DNA of 63,975 bases, filler included, from Choristocarpus tenellus KU-1152 (lineage: Eukaryota > Protista > Phaeophyceae): NCBI GenBank assembly GCA_964200185.2. It is 9 parts of 9 records of this genome, joined end to end, with 100 filler letters (N's around TTAATTAATTAA, not from the genome) between each part and the next. Parts side by side here need not be neighbours in the genome. Positions count along the whole stretch, not along the records: positions 51,934 to 56,081 come from CAXNAD020015975.1; positions 56,182 to 59,825 come from CAXNAD020018772.1; positions 59,926 to 63,975 come from CAXNAD020016475.1; 6 more parts are not named here. One strand, written 5' to 3'. Position 1 is the first letter of the stretch, and each line of letters starts with the position of its first letter. Positions 51,834 to 63,975 of this stretch are shown here, piece by piece. The translations under genes were made by a program, and so were the position numbers. The notes beneath the pieces are model-generated. The model was not told the DNA's origin. It made no database searches and saw only the letters and a list, made by a program, of their open reading frames with translations.

Positions 51834-52620
51834 NNNNNNNNNNNNNNNNNNNNNNNNNNNNNNNNNNNNNNNNNNNNTTAATTAATTAANNNNNNNNNNN
51901 NNNNNNNNNNNNNNNNNNNNNNNNNNNNNNNNNGTCTGTTTATGTCCCCTTCCCCCCTCCACCCCCCTACCACCCCTATCTACATTACATGGGTACTGTA
52001 ATATGGGAGGGGCCAGGGGAGGGGGGGTAGGGGTCAACCAGGTCCTTGCAGCCTCAGTGTTAGTATTTGTATTGTGATCTGTGTAGACTACCTAAAGCAA
52101 ACCTCTGGGATCAGGCTTGGAGTGTGATCCCAGAAAAGGATGCCGTACCTTGCTTTGTCTTGACTTGCATCCCCTATAGATATCTGAAAACACCGTCATT
52201 GCAATGGGACTCTGTCTAGGAGGTTTGTGTTCTTTTTGGGTTCGGCTATTTTATTTTTTTCCAGGCGCCAAGAAAAGGGAATCCGAATTGTGCTTCGACT
52301 TCCCTTTTCCTTGTCTGAACCCAGTCCCAAAAAAGACTGGGGTACCAATATTTCTGTGTACCAGTACATCTGGTGACATGGGACTAGTACCTCAATTCTC
52401 GCTACCTAGCATGTACTAGTCCCATGTCACTGTCACTGGGGACTCTTTGGCCTGCCACCGTTTTGTTGCAACAAGAGGTAGAAAAGTGAGTGAAGGGAGG
52501 GGGGCAGGCCAGAGTGATGATCGCATGAAGTATGAACCTGCCCTATGATGTGAGGTGTTTTGTCTGCTCGTCTTTTGTGTATTGCTTAGTTCTGAGCTGT
52601 GCGTCTCTTATGTCCCCCAG

Positions 52621-53516
52621 GGTACCTACCACCTAGCAGGCATCTATCAGCCGCAACTGGATTCTTTGGAGAGTGTACTTGGGGAGTCCAATCTGGGGGA
52701 TGCCAAGGGCCTGGTCCATCCATTCTCGAGGAAGCTTACCGCACAGATGTTGAAGGCGTTTGGGGAGAGGAGGGAGGAAATTCGATCCTCGTTAGAAGAG
52801 GCCATCTTGTCTAGGTGATGAAACAACACAGTGACGTTACAAGATGTGTGTGTGTGTGTGTGTGTGGTATTTGTTTCCTCTCTACACTCCTTACGAGTAT
52901 CGCCGTGTGCAGATGGATGGATGTGTTTAGCAAACTGTTGCCCCTGGTGATTGTAGGTCCCCCAGTCGTGTGAATGGCTCTAAGGTTAGAATGAAGACTA
53001 GAGATGGATGGGCACACAGTCCTTAAGGAATTTGGGGTACGTCCATCATTTCTACTGTAATGGAGTCACAGATTTGGACACCAACACAGAACCCAGTCAA
53101 TAAAAGTAGGGCGGCTCTTGTCCTCCATGTGATTGGGGTGGGTTACCTGGAGCAGAGGTAATACTAGACGTCCGTGTTCCATACTAACAACATGCATGGT
53201 CTCTAAAGTAGAATGGTAGATATTGATAGTATGTACTTATCGAGAAGTGTTTAGAAGGTGGCTTTTATTTCTATTGGTGGATGTTGCCTCTTCATGCATC
53301 CGCGCCAACATTTTTTCTTTTCCCTGTGTTCTTTTTTTTTACAGATATCTTCCGGAGAGCATGGTCCTCCGGCGACAGCTGGATCATGACCAGCAGTTCT
53401 TGGCTGCGTTGGACCTTGTGAAGGATAAGGAGATGTACAGGAAGATCATTACTCCGGCTGATGCAAAGGTTGTCTACCTCATTATGAGTACTATATATTT
53501 TTTGTTAGGCGTATGA
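52621..53516 (+). CDS. C-terminal exons of an S41-family carboxyl-terminal processing protease
   Basis: Exons 52621-52814 and 53345-(53468 or stop at 53516) join in phase 2: EIRSSLEEAILSRYLPESMVLRRQLDHDQQFLAALDLVKDKEMYRKII. This resembles the helical C-tail of long-form S41A proteases. The catalytic part is not in the contig. Confidence 0.68.
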
Positions 53517-53747
53517 TGTACAGCTTTCGCTCTACTGGGGTTTTGAACCTAGCGAAACCTTGGTCCGTAATGCTCGTCTCTCAGCTATTGTCATGCACAG
53601 CTGTGACCAACTTCAATGGTGTCTAAATTTTGCCCTGATTTGAATCTTCTATGACGGTAAGTTCTCAAATCCTAGGGCTAAGCAATTCCTACTGTGCATG
53701 AGGTGGACTATTGTTACACACATCTCGTCTCATGTTGCTTTATTTAT

Positions 53748-54007
53748 GAGTGAAAATATCTTAGAGGGTACGAGTTTTGCCCTGTTTGTCCATTTGGGGC
53801 TTGGCTTCCTATTGAGTTTTTTTTTATGGCATTTTCCTACTCCAATATATTTCGGAGTAGGTACAATGTATATGTTATGGAAAGGTGTGTCCGGCACAAG
53901 CATTTCGACACTTCCTAACAAACACAATAGCCAAAATTACATCAAATTGCAGCATTGGATTATCACCCCAAAAGGATGCGGCTCTACCCTCTAAGATACC
54001 TTGGTTC
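53748..54007 (+). mobile_element. MITE family A
   Basis: TIRs present; flanks tat/tct (imperfect TSD). Confidence 0.9.
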
Positions 54008-55944
54008 TCTTGCTATGGTTAAAGCAATGGAAATCCCTGAAGGTTGCAAAACTACGTAGTAGGTGATGGTGTAGATACAGTGTCCTTCCCCCCTTGGTAT
54101 TGATAGGACTGTTTGCAAGTCTTCTATAGACGTTTGATCGTTTTCGGGGGGGCATCTTCCAGAAGCCTGAGCAAGGAAGCTCCACCTTTCTGGCAGTTGT
54201 TTCCTTCTCCCTTTTCTTACCCCCCTCCAACACATGAACAAACCCGTGTGTATAATTCAGGTCACGGAGGATGTTCTACGGTCCTTTGGGCAGGCGTTGA
54301 AGAAGTCAGTGGAGAAGGGGAGCTAATGAGGTCCCCTTCACCAGCCATCCAAGCAAGCTTTTTGGCTGGGATACCTGCAATAGTGTAGAGCAGATGATGG
54401 TATATCCGTTATCTATGAGCAGCATCCAGTGCTTAATCATCCAAATTCAAGGATGGGGAGACATTGGCATTTGGTTGCGAGTGAAACCCAAGAATAGGTC
54501 AATGTCCAAGGAGCCTGAGCCCTCCTTCCAACGCCTTGCTTTATGACGGGCAGAGAGTGAGGCTTGTGTAACTGCTGGGCTTTTATGATGGAGCAGGAAA
54601 AGGTTGTCACCTTTGTCTGGTCCACAAGCTTATGCATTGCTGACCACATGCTTGGGATGGAACATGCGGTTGCTAGTACTATAACAGGCGATATAGAGTA
54701 TTTTCTATCTGGATTCTTTGGAGATTTGTGTTGTCCGTATTGTATCTCCTGTGCGCTGCACTCTCCACCTCCTTCCTCTTGTTGTGGCATGAGGTGGTTG
54801 TGTGCCCTTCACACTCTTTGTTTTGTTTGTTGCTTCGTGTTTTACGTGTTTTGAAGCACCCAATGATTTGAGGAATGGCCCGTGTTGGCATGAATGGGGA
54901 CCCAAGGATCCCAGGTGACTGACACACATGCAAAGGCAGGGTGCACACAGGGTGTGCAAGCCTGATCAGGCATTGTGCATGATGCAACAGGCAGATCGGA
55001 CCCACTCGACAATTGTCACGTGACTCACATCACTTTTGTTTTCCCACACGTTTTGGTCTACAGAACAATGCCATTGTTGCAAAGATTTTTCCAGGACCTG
55101 CAGCACTGCAAAATGTGTCTGTGGTTGAGATAGAGTTATGGAAGGTAATACAATAGAGAGGGAGGAGGTAGTAGGGATGGATGCCTCCTAAGGTGGGACA
55201 AATACCGACAGGATATGCTTTGCATTGCAAGATACGGTTTTCATTCAACATAATACGTAGAGCCTCTAGAGCCTATTCTTCTTAACAAATACTTCTAGTA
55301 CTTCAAAATTCATCAAAAAACAATTCCTGTACCACTTACTGTTGTGTGTGGTCATTTCTTGCTCTGCCTACCATTTTCTGGACCTTTCTGTGTTTGTGGG
55401 TGACTATTCAATGATATTCAGGTCCAGAGTACCGAGTAAGTCGTTCACTTGGACTAGACGTAGTTAGATATTTAGTCGACACTTGCACATCTTGATACAT
55501 CACGTGGACTGTTAATATCATTAGTATTACGATTTATATTTTTTCGCGCCTTACTCGTGGATGATCCCGACCTGTGATCAGAGACATTTCACAGTGCACT
55601 ACTTCTCATACCAAAGACTAACTGTTGCACTGCGACTATGTACTGCCTCCGCTCCTGCCTTACTTCTCGAGATCTGTGGTTCGGCACTTCCAACACTTGT
55701 CGCCCGTTTCCTCCCTTAGATCTTCTTCAGGACCTGGTTCAAAGTTTCCACCTTGATCTTTGTCTGGCGTTTTTGTGTAAGACAGCAATACTTGTGGTAT
55801 TGGTCTTGAACAATAATCATGATAGAAAATGCTGTGTATAATCCAGCGCATAACGATCCCTAACCCCAACCCTGACCCCAATACCATTTGTCAAAGAATG
55901 AGTAAAACACTGTATGATGGTCGTGGTAGCTCCGACCCTATCAC

Positions 55945-56081
55945 TTGTTTGTTTTGCTCACGAATTCTGGATTATTATTATTATTATTTGCTCATTCCTA
56001 ATTTGCTATTCCTCTATCCTCTATTCCCCATTTGATGACCAGCCAGTGCGAATGCCCTTCGTCACTGATTGTCAGCCATCC
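55945..56081 (+). mobile_element. Non-coding repeat family D, partial copy 3
   Basis: ttttgctcacgaattctggattattatt and gacca.ccagtgcga motif; cut by contig end. Confidence 0.75.
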
Positions 56082-56228
56082 NNNNNNNNNNNNNNNNNNN
56101 NNNNNNNNNNNNNNNNNNNNNNNNNTTAATTAATTAANNNNNNNNNNNNNNNNNNNNNNNNNNNNNNNNNNNNNNNNNNNNACTGATGCACCAGTCTAGC
56201 CCTTTTCCCCCCTTCTTCTAACCCATGA

Positions 56229-56405
56229 GACCCAAAGTATCTGGGGGGGGGGGGAGTCTACACCAGGGTGTCCAATTGGGCCAAAATCAAGAAAAGTGCA
56301 TTTACATTATCCATCCGGCGTATGCTACCAATCACCCAAAAATCGCGACATGAAAAAATTGACCCCAAATGGACAGTCACCACCCTCCCCCAGATACATT
56401 GAGCC
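56229..56405 (+). mobile_element. MITE family B (~175 bp)
   Basis: TIRs gacccaaagtatctggggg...ccccagatacattgagcc, TSD tga. Confidence 0.92.
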
Positions 56406-57144
56406 TGATATCTTATTCCACTGCTAGCACAGATCAGATTGTTACGCATAGTGGTAAGTCAATACAAAGTAGTCTGGTATGATGCCCTTCCACTTAAGAG
56501 TTGTTGAGTACACTGGAGATATCTCCCCTTTGGGCGCAAAGAAGGAAAAAGCGAATCACAAGGCTATACTTACATATTGGCAACGTGAACATACAGAAAC
56601 ACCTACCCTCCTATTTTTCATGTGTAGGGCCATTTGCCTATACACAACAGTGAAATTTACAGTTCGATATTAGGGTTGGTTTATAGGCTCTATATTTTAT
56701 ATTTCAGACTGAAATATCCCTTAATTGAATCATGGACAGGCCTTCCATTCAAGGCTATGGCAAAGATGCTTCCCACTCCCCAACGCTTTTCATGCTCAAC
56801 TTCCTGGGTCCGGGGTCACCCTGTGGCAGGCCTGCTTTGTCACACACGCACCGTGCATGATAATATTTTTGTAAGAGAGAGTATAACGGCCAATGGGCAG
56901 CAAAATTACAATCTAAATATGTGCAAATGCCTTGCACCATCTGCGCCCGCATGCGCCCCCACCATCATCTTCCCGTCACCACTAGTGATCCTCCCCTGCC
57001 TTGATGTGTCCGATTGCATAGAAAACAGAATACAAGGATGTAGAGAGCACCGGTACCGTATGTTTGGTTATTTTTGCTTCCTCGTTCTTCTTTTGTGCCT
57101 AGGTCATGCTACTCCCATCCTCTGAGTGTAGTGGTGGCACATAC

Positions 57145-58100
57145 CTGAAGCAGAACCTCTGAGGTATCAGGTTCCCATGCTCTGGATGCTAGTATCTCGA
57201 GCATTTTTTCCTCAAAACGAGAGTATGTGACGTAGTTTGTGGGTTCGTCCTCCTACACGGCAGTATTAGGCACTCGATTAATTATTGTTTAATATTCATG
57301 GTTTGGTATGTGAGAGTGAAGATGGTTGTAGGTGGGGTTTTGGTTTTCCCTCGACCATTAAAAATGCTGGGGAAAGGCATATATTTCACGAGTTTGTCCC
57401 GAGTGATTGATCGACCCAAGATCGTTGAGCAAATCATTGTCTGTTGCTTGGATTATCATTCTGACCTTACCATCACTTTGCGTATCCCTGTTTCGGTACC
57501 GGGGCTGCAATCAATGCAACTTCGTCCAGTTATTTGTATCTTCATGAGTAAGAGTAAGAGACCGTCACCTACCAACACAGGGTGGTAGCCTCAGTTTGTA
57601 TTTCTACTCAAGATGGCGACAAAGGCAAAGCCCCAAGAGCAAGGGCCAGTGATGGGGGTAGAAGCGAATCAGACCTGCATATCAGGAAGGATATCTTTGA
57701 CCATAGCTTTCTCCGTCGGGTATGCTCCTAGGAATCGCATGATGGTTGAGACCTCTTCCTGGATGACGCAGCCTAAGTTCATTTGTATACATATGAAATG
57801 TAGGATGCTCAGTATTTTCATAATAATACCAGGATGGGTTTGTGATCGATATCCTTTACTAATGTGGAAGGACTTATGAACCATTTTCTCTCTGTTCGAG
57901 ATAATTGGAGCCACGTTTTGGTCGATCCCTTGCCACAGAGCTGAAGAAATCGAAACACATTGAATATTATCATGTCAAGGAGAGGTACAGAGGGAAGACC
58001 TTTGCTGTTTACCTTTCTTCTCCTTGTCAAATAACGCAAAAGCTTCTTTAATCCTAGCCTTCTGTACCTCCATCCAGCGCTCATCTTGAATTCCTGCCAT
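57145..58100 (-). CDS. DRC8: Dynein regulatory complex subunit 8 (EF-hand, EFCAB2), first three exons
   Basis: Exons 58100-58013, 57772-57675 and 57252-57145 (GT-AG, in frame): RIKEAFALFDKEKKGCVIQEEVSTIMRFLGAYPTEKAMVKDILPDMQEDEPTNYVTYSRFEEKMLEIL...EVLLQ. The 3' exons were not found before the contig end. Confidence 0.9.
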
Positions 58101-58320
58101 GTTCAACGTTCTGAGTGGACAGTGGACACACTCAAGCTTGTTGGGCCAGAGAGTTTTAACGCAAAAAGTTGTATGAGTAACGGTTTAATGTTGGAAGGCG
58201 ATAGTGAAACACGCCTCCGATTTCAATGAACATCTGCGTTGAAGTTTTATTCAACGATGACCTAACAGATTGAAACCTAGTACATGTATCTGTGGGTGCA
58301 CCACACATCGACACGTCACT

Positions 58321-59566
58321 ATGACAGAGTGGACGAAGCAGTGGAGGAAGTCCTGGGACTGTTATGGCCTGTGGAAGGTATGAGGCGATTGACAACACTT
58401 TCACGTCACACTGCCTTGATTTTGTGGATTTGTGCGTTGCCTAACCATGCTAAACTCTTCTTCTTATCCCCTTCACAGGCACCGCATATTAGCCAGAGCT
58501 GCCGATGGGACTGTGGTGTGGCGTGCGTGCAGATGGTGCTAGCGGGGTTGGGAAGGCACGTCGAGCGATCTTCTCTGCTCGCAAGCCTGGGAACTAGGAG
58601 CATTTGGACAGTGGACCTAGCCATGCTATTACACCGTTTGGGGATAAGGTGAGTGGGTGTGCCTGATGTGCACCAACATACATAATTATTTGGTAGGCTG
58701 CACAAGCGAAGAACATGGTGAAAACTTGTGGAAATTGCATCCATCTGGACTTCCATTTTATATCTTCGCCGTCAGTATTGCTTGTCCAAATTGGTGCAGT
58801 TTCCCCCCCCCCCCCCCCACCTACGTTATCTCTTGCACAAACGATCCCCCACTCCCTGATTCTTAGGTTTATGTACTGCACACGGACAGTGGGTGTTACA
58901 GAAGGCTACTCGAAGGTCAATTTTTACAGAAGCGATTTTACCGATGACACCAAGAGAGTGAACGCGTTGTTCCAGGTAATTACTTTAGTTCAAATGTCTT
59001 TCGCGTAGACTGTCGATGAAGGCCAAGGACTGATTCCTTGTTCGTTCAACTCCTCCACCCCCTCCACTCCCCTTCCCTTTGACACAGTATTCTTTCCTCT
59101 CTCGCACTCTTCCACCCCGACCTTCATCTCACCCCCCCATATCTCCATATTGTGTTCTTCAAAGGAGGCAAACGACGCAGGGGTGGGAGCGATTCAGAGG
59201 TCCATAGCATGGAGGGAGCTTGCGAGTCTCTTGGCCGACCGCCAGTTTGTCGCAATACTATTGGTCGACTCGCAATCCCTCTATCCTCCGCCCCTGGCAC
59301 CTGGAAGTTTAGGTGTTTGGCCGAGATCTGTCGGTACGGAAAAGTCCTGGATAAGTCCAGGTCGGCAAAGGGTTCGTCAACAAAGCTCTGGCATGGATGG
59401 TCAGTGTACAATCGAGGAGGACTGTGCTATGACAGAGGAAAAACGTAGCCCAAGTAAGGATGGGCAGAGCACACGCGAGGGCACGAACCGGACAACAAAG
59501 GAGACAGTAGGTGAGGGTAAGCCACAACAAATGCGTAGCAATGAGAGCAATGGAGGTATTGGCTAG
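58321..59566 (+). CDS. GUCD1: GUCD1-like protein (Guanylate_cyc_2 / C39-like fold), probably 3'-partial
   Basis: Exons 58479-58648, 58867-58975 and 59165 onward: PHISQSCRWDCGVACVQMVL, SIWTVDLAMLL, FYRSDFTDDTKRVNALF, AILLVD. The start is uncertain (ATG 58321 with intron, or 58284 unspliced) and so is the end of exon 4. Confidence 0.88.
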
Positions 59567-59925
59567 GCATCAGAAAATGAGGAGGGGATACTTTGGTGCG
59601 CAAACAATACTCTTCAATCCCTTTGGGCAGGCAGCAGCGACAATTTGTAAATAGCACCTTCTGTGCAGAGGAGGACAGGTCAAGGGGGATTTAGTTGTGA
59701 CAGAAGGTGGAGAGTTTGGCATGCTTTGAAAAGAGAATTAAATTGTGCAGGAGTGTAACACATCAAGAATAGATCTTGCTCACAACAACCTCCCCACCAC
59801 ATGGTGTCCACCCCCCTGCCCCCCCNNNNNNNNNNNNNNNNNNNNNNNNNNNNNNNNNNNNNNNNNNNNTTAATTAATTAANNNNNNNNNNNNNNNNNNN
59901 NNNNNNNNNNNNNNNNNNNNNNNNN

Positions 59926-60140
59926 CCCTCACCAGATAGCCTAGCCTGGAGGAGAGGGACCAGGAGTTGAGGAGCCAGGCCACCTGCTTGTCCTCCATCT
60001 CGCTGAGGTGTGTAGCTAAAGCTCATGTCCCAGAGCTCTCTATCACCTCCGCCATGTGAGCTCGAATGAAATCATCTGTTCGTACTGGAGCCCCTAGAGT
60101 GACAAAACCACTGAGGTTCGGGGCTAGGTTGATTCCTGTC
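59926..60140 (-). mobile_element. CRE-like LINE internal fragment
   Basis: GFVTLGAPVRTDDFIRAHMAEVIE...EMEDKQVA is homologous to 62930-63070. Confidence 0.75.
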
Positions 60141-60145
60141 GTATA

Positions 60146-60660
60146 TTCATTGGTTTCCCCCCTGACACATCTGCAAAATGTCAGAGGGCATAATAATAAA
60201 ATAATATATATGTCGAAAGCATGTTTGTCTGTTGTTATGCCGTCATTGCAATATGACATATACCATCATACCGTTGTATCGATTGAGGTTCCTTGTCAAG
60301 CGTCCATGATCCCACTGGCGGACCTTCCGTCAGAATGAAACCATGGAATCTCTTCACGAGACCAATCCCACAGACTTGGGACAGCTCGTCATTCAGAGTT
60401 GTCACACATGAAAGGTTCACTTTGTTCTCACGTCTTGACATGCGGTGGGTGATGAAGTCCCATCTCTTAGGATGCTCATCACTCCTCAATTTGCACTTGT
60501 CCAACCTTAACCTCATACCCTTGGTTACAGTTCGTCTTTGTTCGTCGGGAGCTTCTTGCCCGGTGATTCTCTTCGCCACCCTTACGTGAGTGAACCGCGC
60601 CGCCACAGAATCACACGATTTACAAAATAGATGATAGAAATATATCATGCACATTTGCGA
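60146..60660 (-). mobile_element. Unclassified repeated element, copy 2 (carries 142-codon ORF 60235-60663)
   Basis: Collinear with 18950-19530; abuts a LINE fragment. Confidence 0.75.
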
Positions 60661-60666
60661 CAACTA

Positions 60667-61099
60667 ACTGTTACTTTTTCAGGGGTTGGTCTGATATTGA
60701 ATTGGTTTTTCATTGGTTTTAGCCCCTGAAATAGAGTGAAAGTATCTTAGAGGGTACGAGTTTTGCCCTCTTTGTCAATTTAGGGCTAGGCTTCGCATGT
60801 TCTTTTTTACGACATTTTCCTACTCCAAAATGTTTAAAGTGTGTATGTTCTGAAACGTTGTGTCCGGAACATGGATATTGACACTTCCTAACAAACACGA
60901 TAACCAAAATTATATCAAAATCGCAACATTGGATTTTAGCCCCCAAAAGGACGCGGATCTACTCTCTAAGATACTTTGGCTCACATCTCCAAAATGTGAC
61001 AAGGCATAATAGTATAATGTATTTTACCTTCTGATATTTTATAGATGTGTCTGGGAAAAATACAGTTCAATATCATGAGAACCCCCAAAAAGTAACAGT
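60667..61099. mobile_element. MITE-like family C with ~40-bp imperfect TIRs, hosting a nested MITE A
   Basis: actgttactttttcaggggttggtctgatattgaa versus reverse complement of ttcaatatcatgagaacccccaaaaagtaacagt. Confidence 0.65.
60734..60982 (+). mobile_element. MITE family A nested in family C
   Basis: Full TIRs; flanks ata/aca. Confidence 0.9.
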
Positions 61100-61199
61100 G
61101 CCCGTAAATGTGAAATATATATCTCTAATATCTGCTATTTGACTACCACCTATGCTACACCACTCCCCTGCTATGCCTCCAACCTAGCTTAGCCCTACA

Positions 61200-63975
61200 C
61201 CACATGGCGAGGAGCTAGAGAAGCATCCCAAGAATCTGACAGGCCCCTCCTTGCCCATCTCCCTGATGTCTTCAGCTTAAAACGCATGACATGTCTTGAT
61301 AGAGTCGCTTGTGTTGTGACAGACACTATCTATCATAAGCAGGATTTGACAGCTCATTTTCTGTTATAGCCTCCCGCCCCTGTCCCCCCCTACTGCGTAC
61401 GTAGCTAAATCATCCAGAGCACTTTCTACTTGCTTACCGAGCCGCAAAACGTTATACTACAAAGGTGTTAAGGTTAAAACTACGAGGGTCAAATGAACCC
61501 TCGTGGTGGGTGTGCTTTCGCGCCTCAGCTGCAGCAGCAGCTAAACCATTGCTGGTGAATGAGTGGGGTAGATGAGAGGTTGCTTGCACTTCTGCAAACG
61601 TAACATCAAGGAGGTCTTGTCCCAGAAGGGACCGGATCCGGCGCCCACAAGTGGCCCAGCATGGAAGACCACATCCATGCGGATATTCCTGTCCACTGTG
61701 AATGGGCTGCCGTCCTCCATAGTGCAAAGGGATGCCCATTCCTCTACAGAGTTGACCGAGTAGACACTTCACCATCAGTGTGTGTTGGCGAACCTGTCCC
61801 CCTGCACTAGGGCAAGTATGAGCATTGCTAGTGTCCACATTATGCCTCCTGCACCCAGCCACTGGGCGCCTGTTGGATAGGGCCTCCTCCTTCCCTAGGG
61901 ATCTGCTGGTAGTAATTCTAAAACTCTATGGGAGGGATCTGGCGTGCTGGTTCCAGGGGTTGTATGGAGGTCCATGCATTTGCCCCTTTGTCCACACCGG
62001 CTCCGGTGGCGGGTCAGGGCTAGCAAAGAACTTTCCCTCACTTTTTCACTTTTTCTGCGTTGCCTGGTAGGTTGGCCCATTGCGTCCGGAAAGAGTTGAG
62101 TCGGATCTTGTTCAGGGGGCAGGTAATCTCGTGTTGTGCCCTCCTTGTGATCCTGGCATCATTGACTGACCGAGTGTGGACCTTTGGGACAGGTGTAGGG
62201 GTTGTTGTTTCCTCCCAGTCTACCCAGCCTTGGTCAATAATTCCCACCAAGTCTTCTGAAGGGACTTGTGTTGAGAGGAGGATGTGGATGGATAATCCCA
62301 GGGCCCAAACTGTGGGGTTCATACAGCTGGCTTGTGGGCAAGACTCGCCATGAGGCCCTTGTTGCCTTGTAAAAGGGTAGGGAGAGTGGCTATTAGAACA
62401 CTAGTAAACCCCCTATCTCTACCGAGCAGTCAGTCAGCTGACTACCTCCCCGGTAGACACAGGGGTTTACTAGTGTTCTAACAGTGACCACCAGTGATTC
62501 TACAAAGGCTGCATGCTGGTGATGCATCATAGAGGATAGGCCCAACCCCCCCGAACTTGTAGGCATCTGACCCAAAGTATCGGGGGGGGGGGGGTCTCTA
62601 CACCAGGGTGTCCATTTGGGGCATGACCAGGAATAGTGCACTCACGTTATCCATCCAACGTATGCAACCAAATCACACAAAAATTGCTACATAAAAATTG
62701 TCCCCAAATGGACAGCAGGTACCCCCCCACAGATACTTTGAGCCATCTGTGCCTGTACGTGTTGGTATATTACCAGGTGAAGAGACCCATTTTCACACAC
62801 CCCTTCGAAGAAGTCAGTGACTCCCACTGAGTCTGCTACCTCTGTTATCTTCTCTATCGTCCACAGTGAGGTGTTGTCTGCTTGTTCCATGGTGGAGCAT
62901 ATGCGAGGTGGAGGGGAGTGACTCTTACTAAATAGTCTAAGAGTTGAGGAGCCAGAAAACTTGTTTGTCCTCCATCTCACTCAGGTGCTTGGCCAGCATT
63001 CGTGACCCTGAGGTCTCGATCGCCTCAGCCATGTAGACTTGGATAAAATCATCTGTTCCCACTTCGGGTCTGGGGCAATGTTGATACCCGCTGTAGCAGA
63101 AGTTCTAGTTCTGAGGGCGTGGGCTGGTGACTCTGGGGAGGTGCAGCAAAGGCCTTGTCCAAGTTGAGGGTGATGTCTACGTCGTGTAGATGAGTTTTCA
63201 GCTGCTCAAGAGCAGCTATTGTGGTGCAGTAAATCTCTCTTGCAGAAATGGATGTGTCATACAGATAATTTCGGGCAGAGACTCCTGGGCATCCAAATAT
63301 AGACTGAACCCACAGTAAGGCTTTGGTGGTTTCCATGCAATATAGGAGGGGGCCAAGGGGATCAAGTTGTTGTGCCCCTGACCTTGATGGCATTATCTTA
63401 ATCCCTGCCTCATCCAGGGGGGAAAGAAGATCACGGGTTCCCCCATACACCTTGGACACGTAGGGTAGGAGTCCTGGTAGGGGTAGGAGTCCTGGTAGGG
63501 TCTCAGGGAGAATCTCGATGAAAGCCGAGCGGACTACACTATCGAAGGTGTTTCTTCCATCTAGACTAATGACCCATTGCCACACTCATCCCTTAGGTGG
63601 ATTTCCAGTAGGGTATGCTCCACCCCATTGGGACCCCTACGCCAAACTGCCCCATTCCGCCAAATTGTTCCTCCAGGTAGGGGCGCCAGTCTGCACAGAA
63701 GGCTGAAGTACACACCCTTCTAAAGAAAGAACCACAGGTGATCGGGCAGCACTTCTCTCCGATTATGGAAAGACTGGAGGTGGTGTGAAGCTTCCAAACT
63801 CCGGAGGCAAAGAGTCTGGGGAGGCGTAGGCTAGTTCCCAAAGCTTAGCAAACACCCCCACCACTTTTTCATGGCCAACATCTGTCGTGATGCCCGATCG
63901 GGTATGGCTAAGGCACTTCCCATCGGGGCATGGAATGGAGTTGCTGTTCGCTCTCATGAAGGCTATCTGCAGGGA
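61200..63975 (-). mobile_element. Degenerate CRE-like non-LTR retrotransposon (RT, CCHC finger, restriction-like endonuclease)
   Basis: SLDGRNTFDSVVR, SGAQQLDPLGPLLY, NYLYD (YLDD site), GGLGL, HTCPSAGGQVRQH, RMDVV, LLDVTF...AEARK. Many stops and frameshifts. Confidence 0.88.
62569..62744 (+). mobile_element. MITE family B inside CRE-like LINE
   Basis: Full TIRs, 4-bp TSD atct. Confidence 0.92.

Noticed and set aside
54010-55250. Decayed coding-like region
   Set aside because: No diagnostic motif in any frame that I could support.
55660-55770. Possible terminal exon on the minus strand
   Set aside because: Two plausible frames, no homology recognised and no upstream exon in the contig.

Overview
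This is eukaryotic nuclear DNA, not prokaryotic. It has spliceosomal introns, a flagellar DRC8 gene, an S41 protease and RTE/CRE LINEs, so a photosynthetic stramenopile, probably a brown alga, is the best inference. The window is nine contigs joined by artificial 100-nt linkers (N44-TTAATTAATTAA-N44), so adjacency across linkers has no biological meaning. Most six-frame ORFs are spurious. Host genes I could rebuild by splicing by eye: a complete CFDP1/Swc5 (BCNT) gene head-to-head with a complete 244-aa double zinc-finger gene ending in a TFIIS-like ribbon; partial DRC8/EFCAB2 head-to-head with partial GUCD1; the 5' end of a Ser/Thr kinase; and the 3' end of an S41 protease. The rest is decayed and nested transposons (Copia, chromoviral Gypsy, RTE and CRE-like LINEs, plant-type mariner, several MITE families) and two long-unit tandem arrays (~475 bp and ~710 bp). 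The best leads are a Rickettsiales-type IS982 transposase fragment embedded in algal DNA, a foreign AT-rich filler inside one array unit, two sibling MITE families with mixed 3/4-bp TSDs, and the atypical TFIIS-ribbon protein. I cannot support a complete new multi-gene system from this sequence alone. All family assignments come from motif recognition; no search was run.
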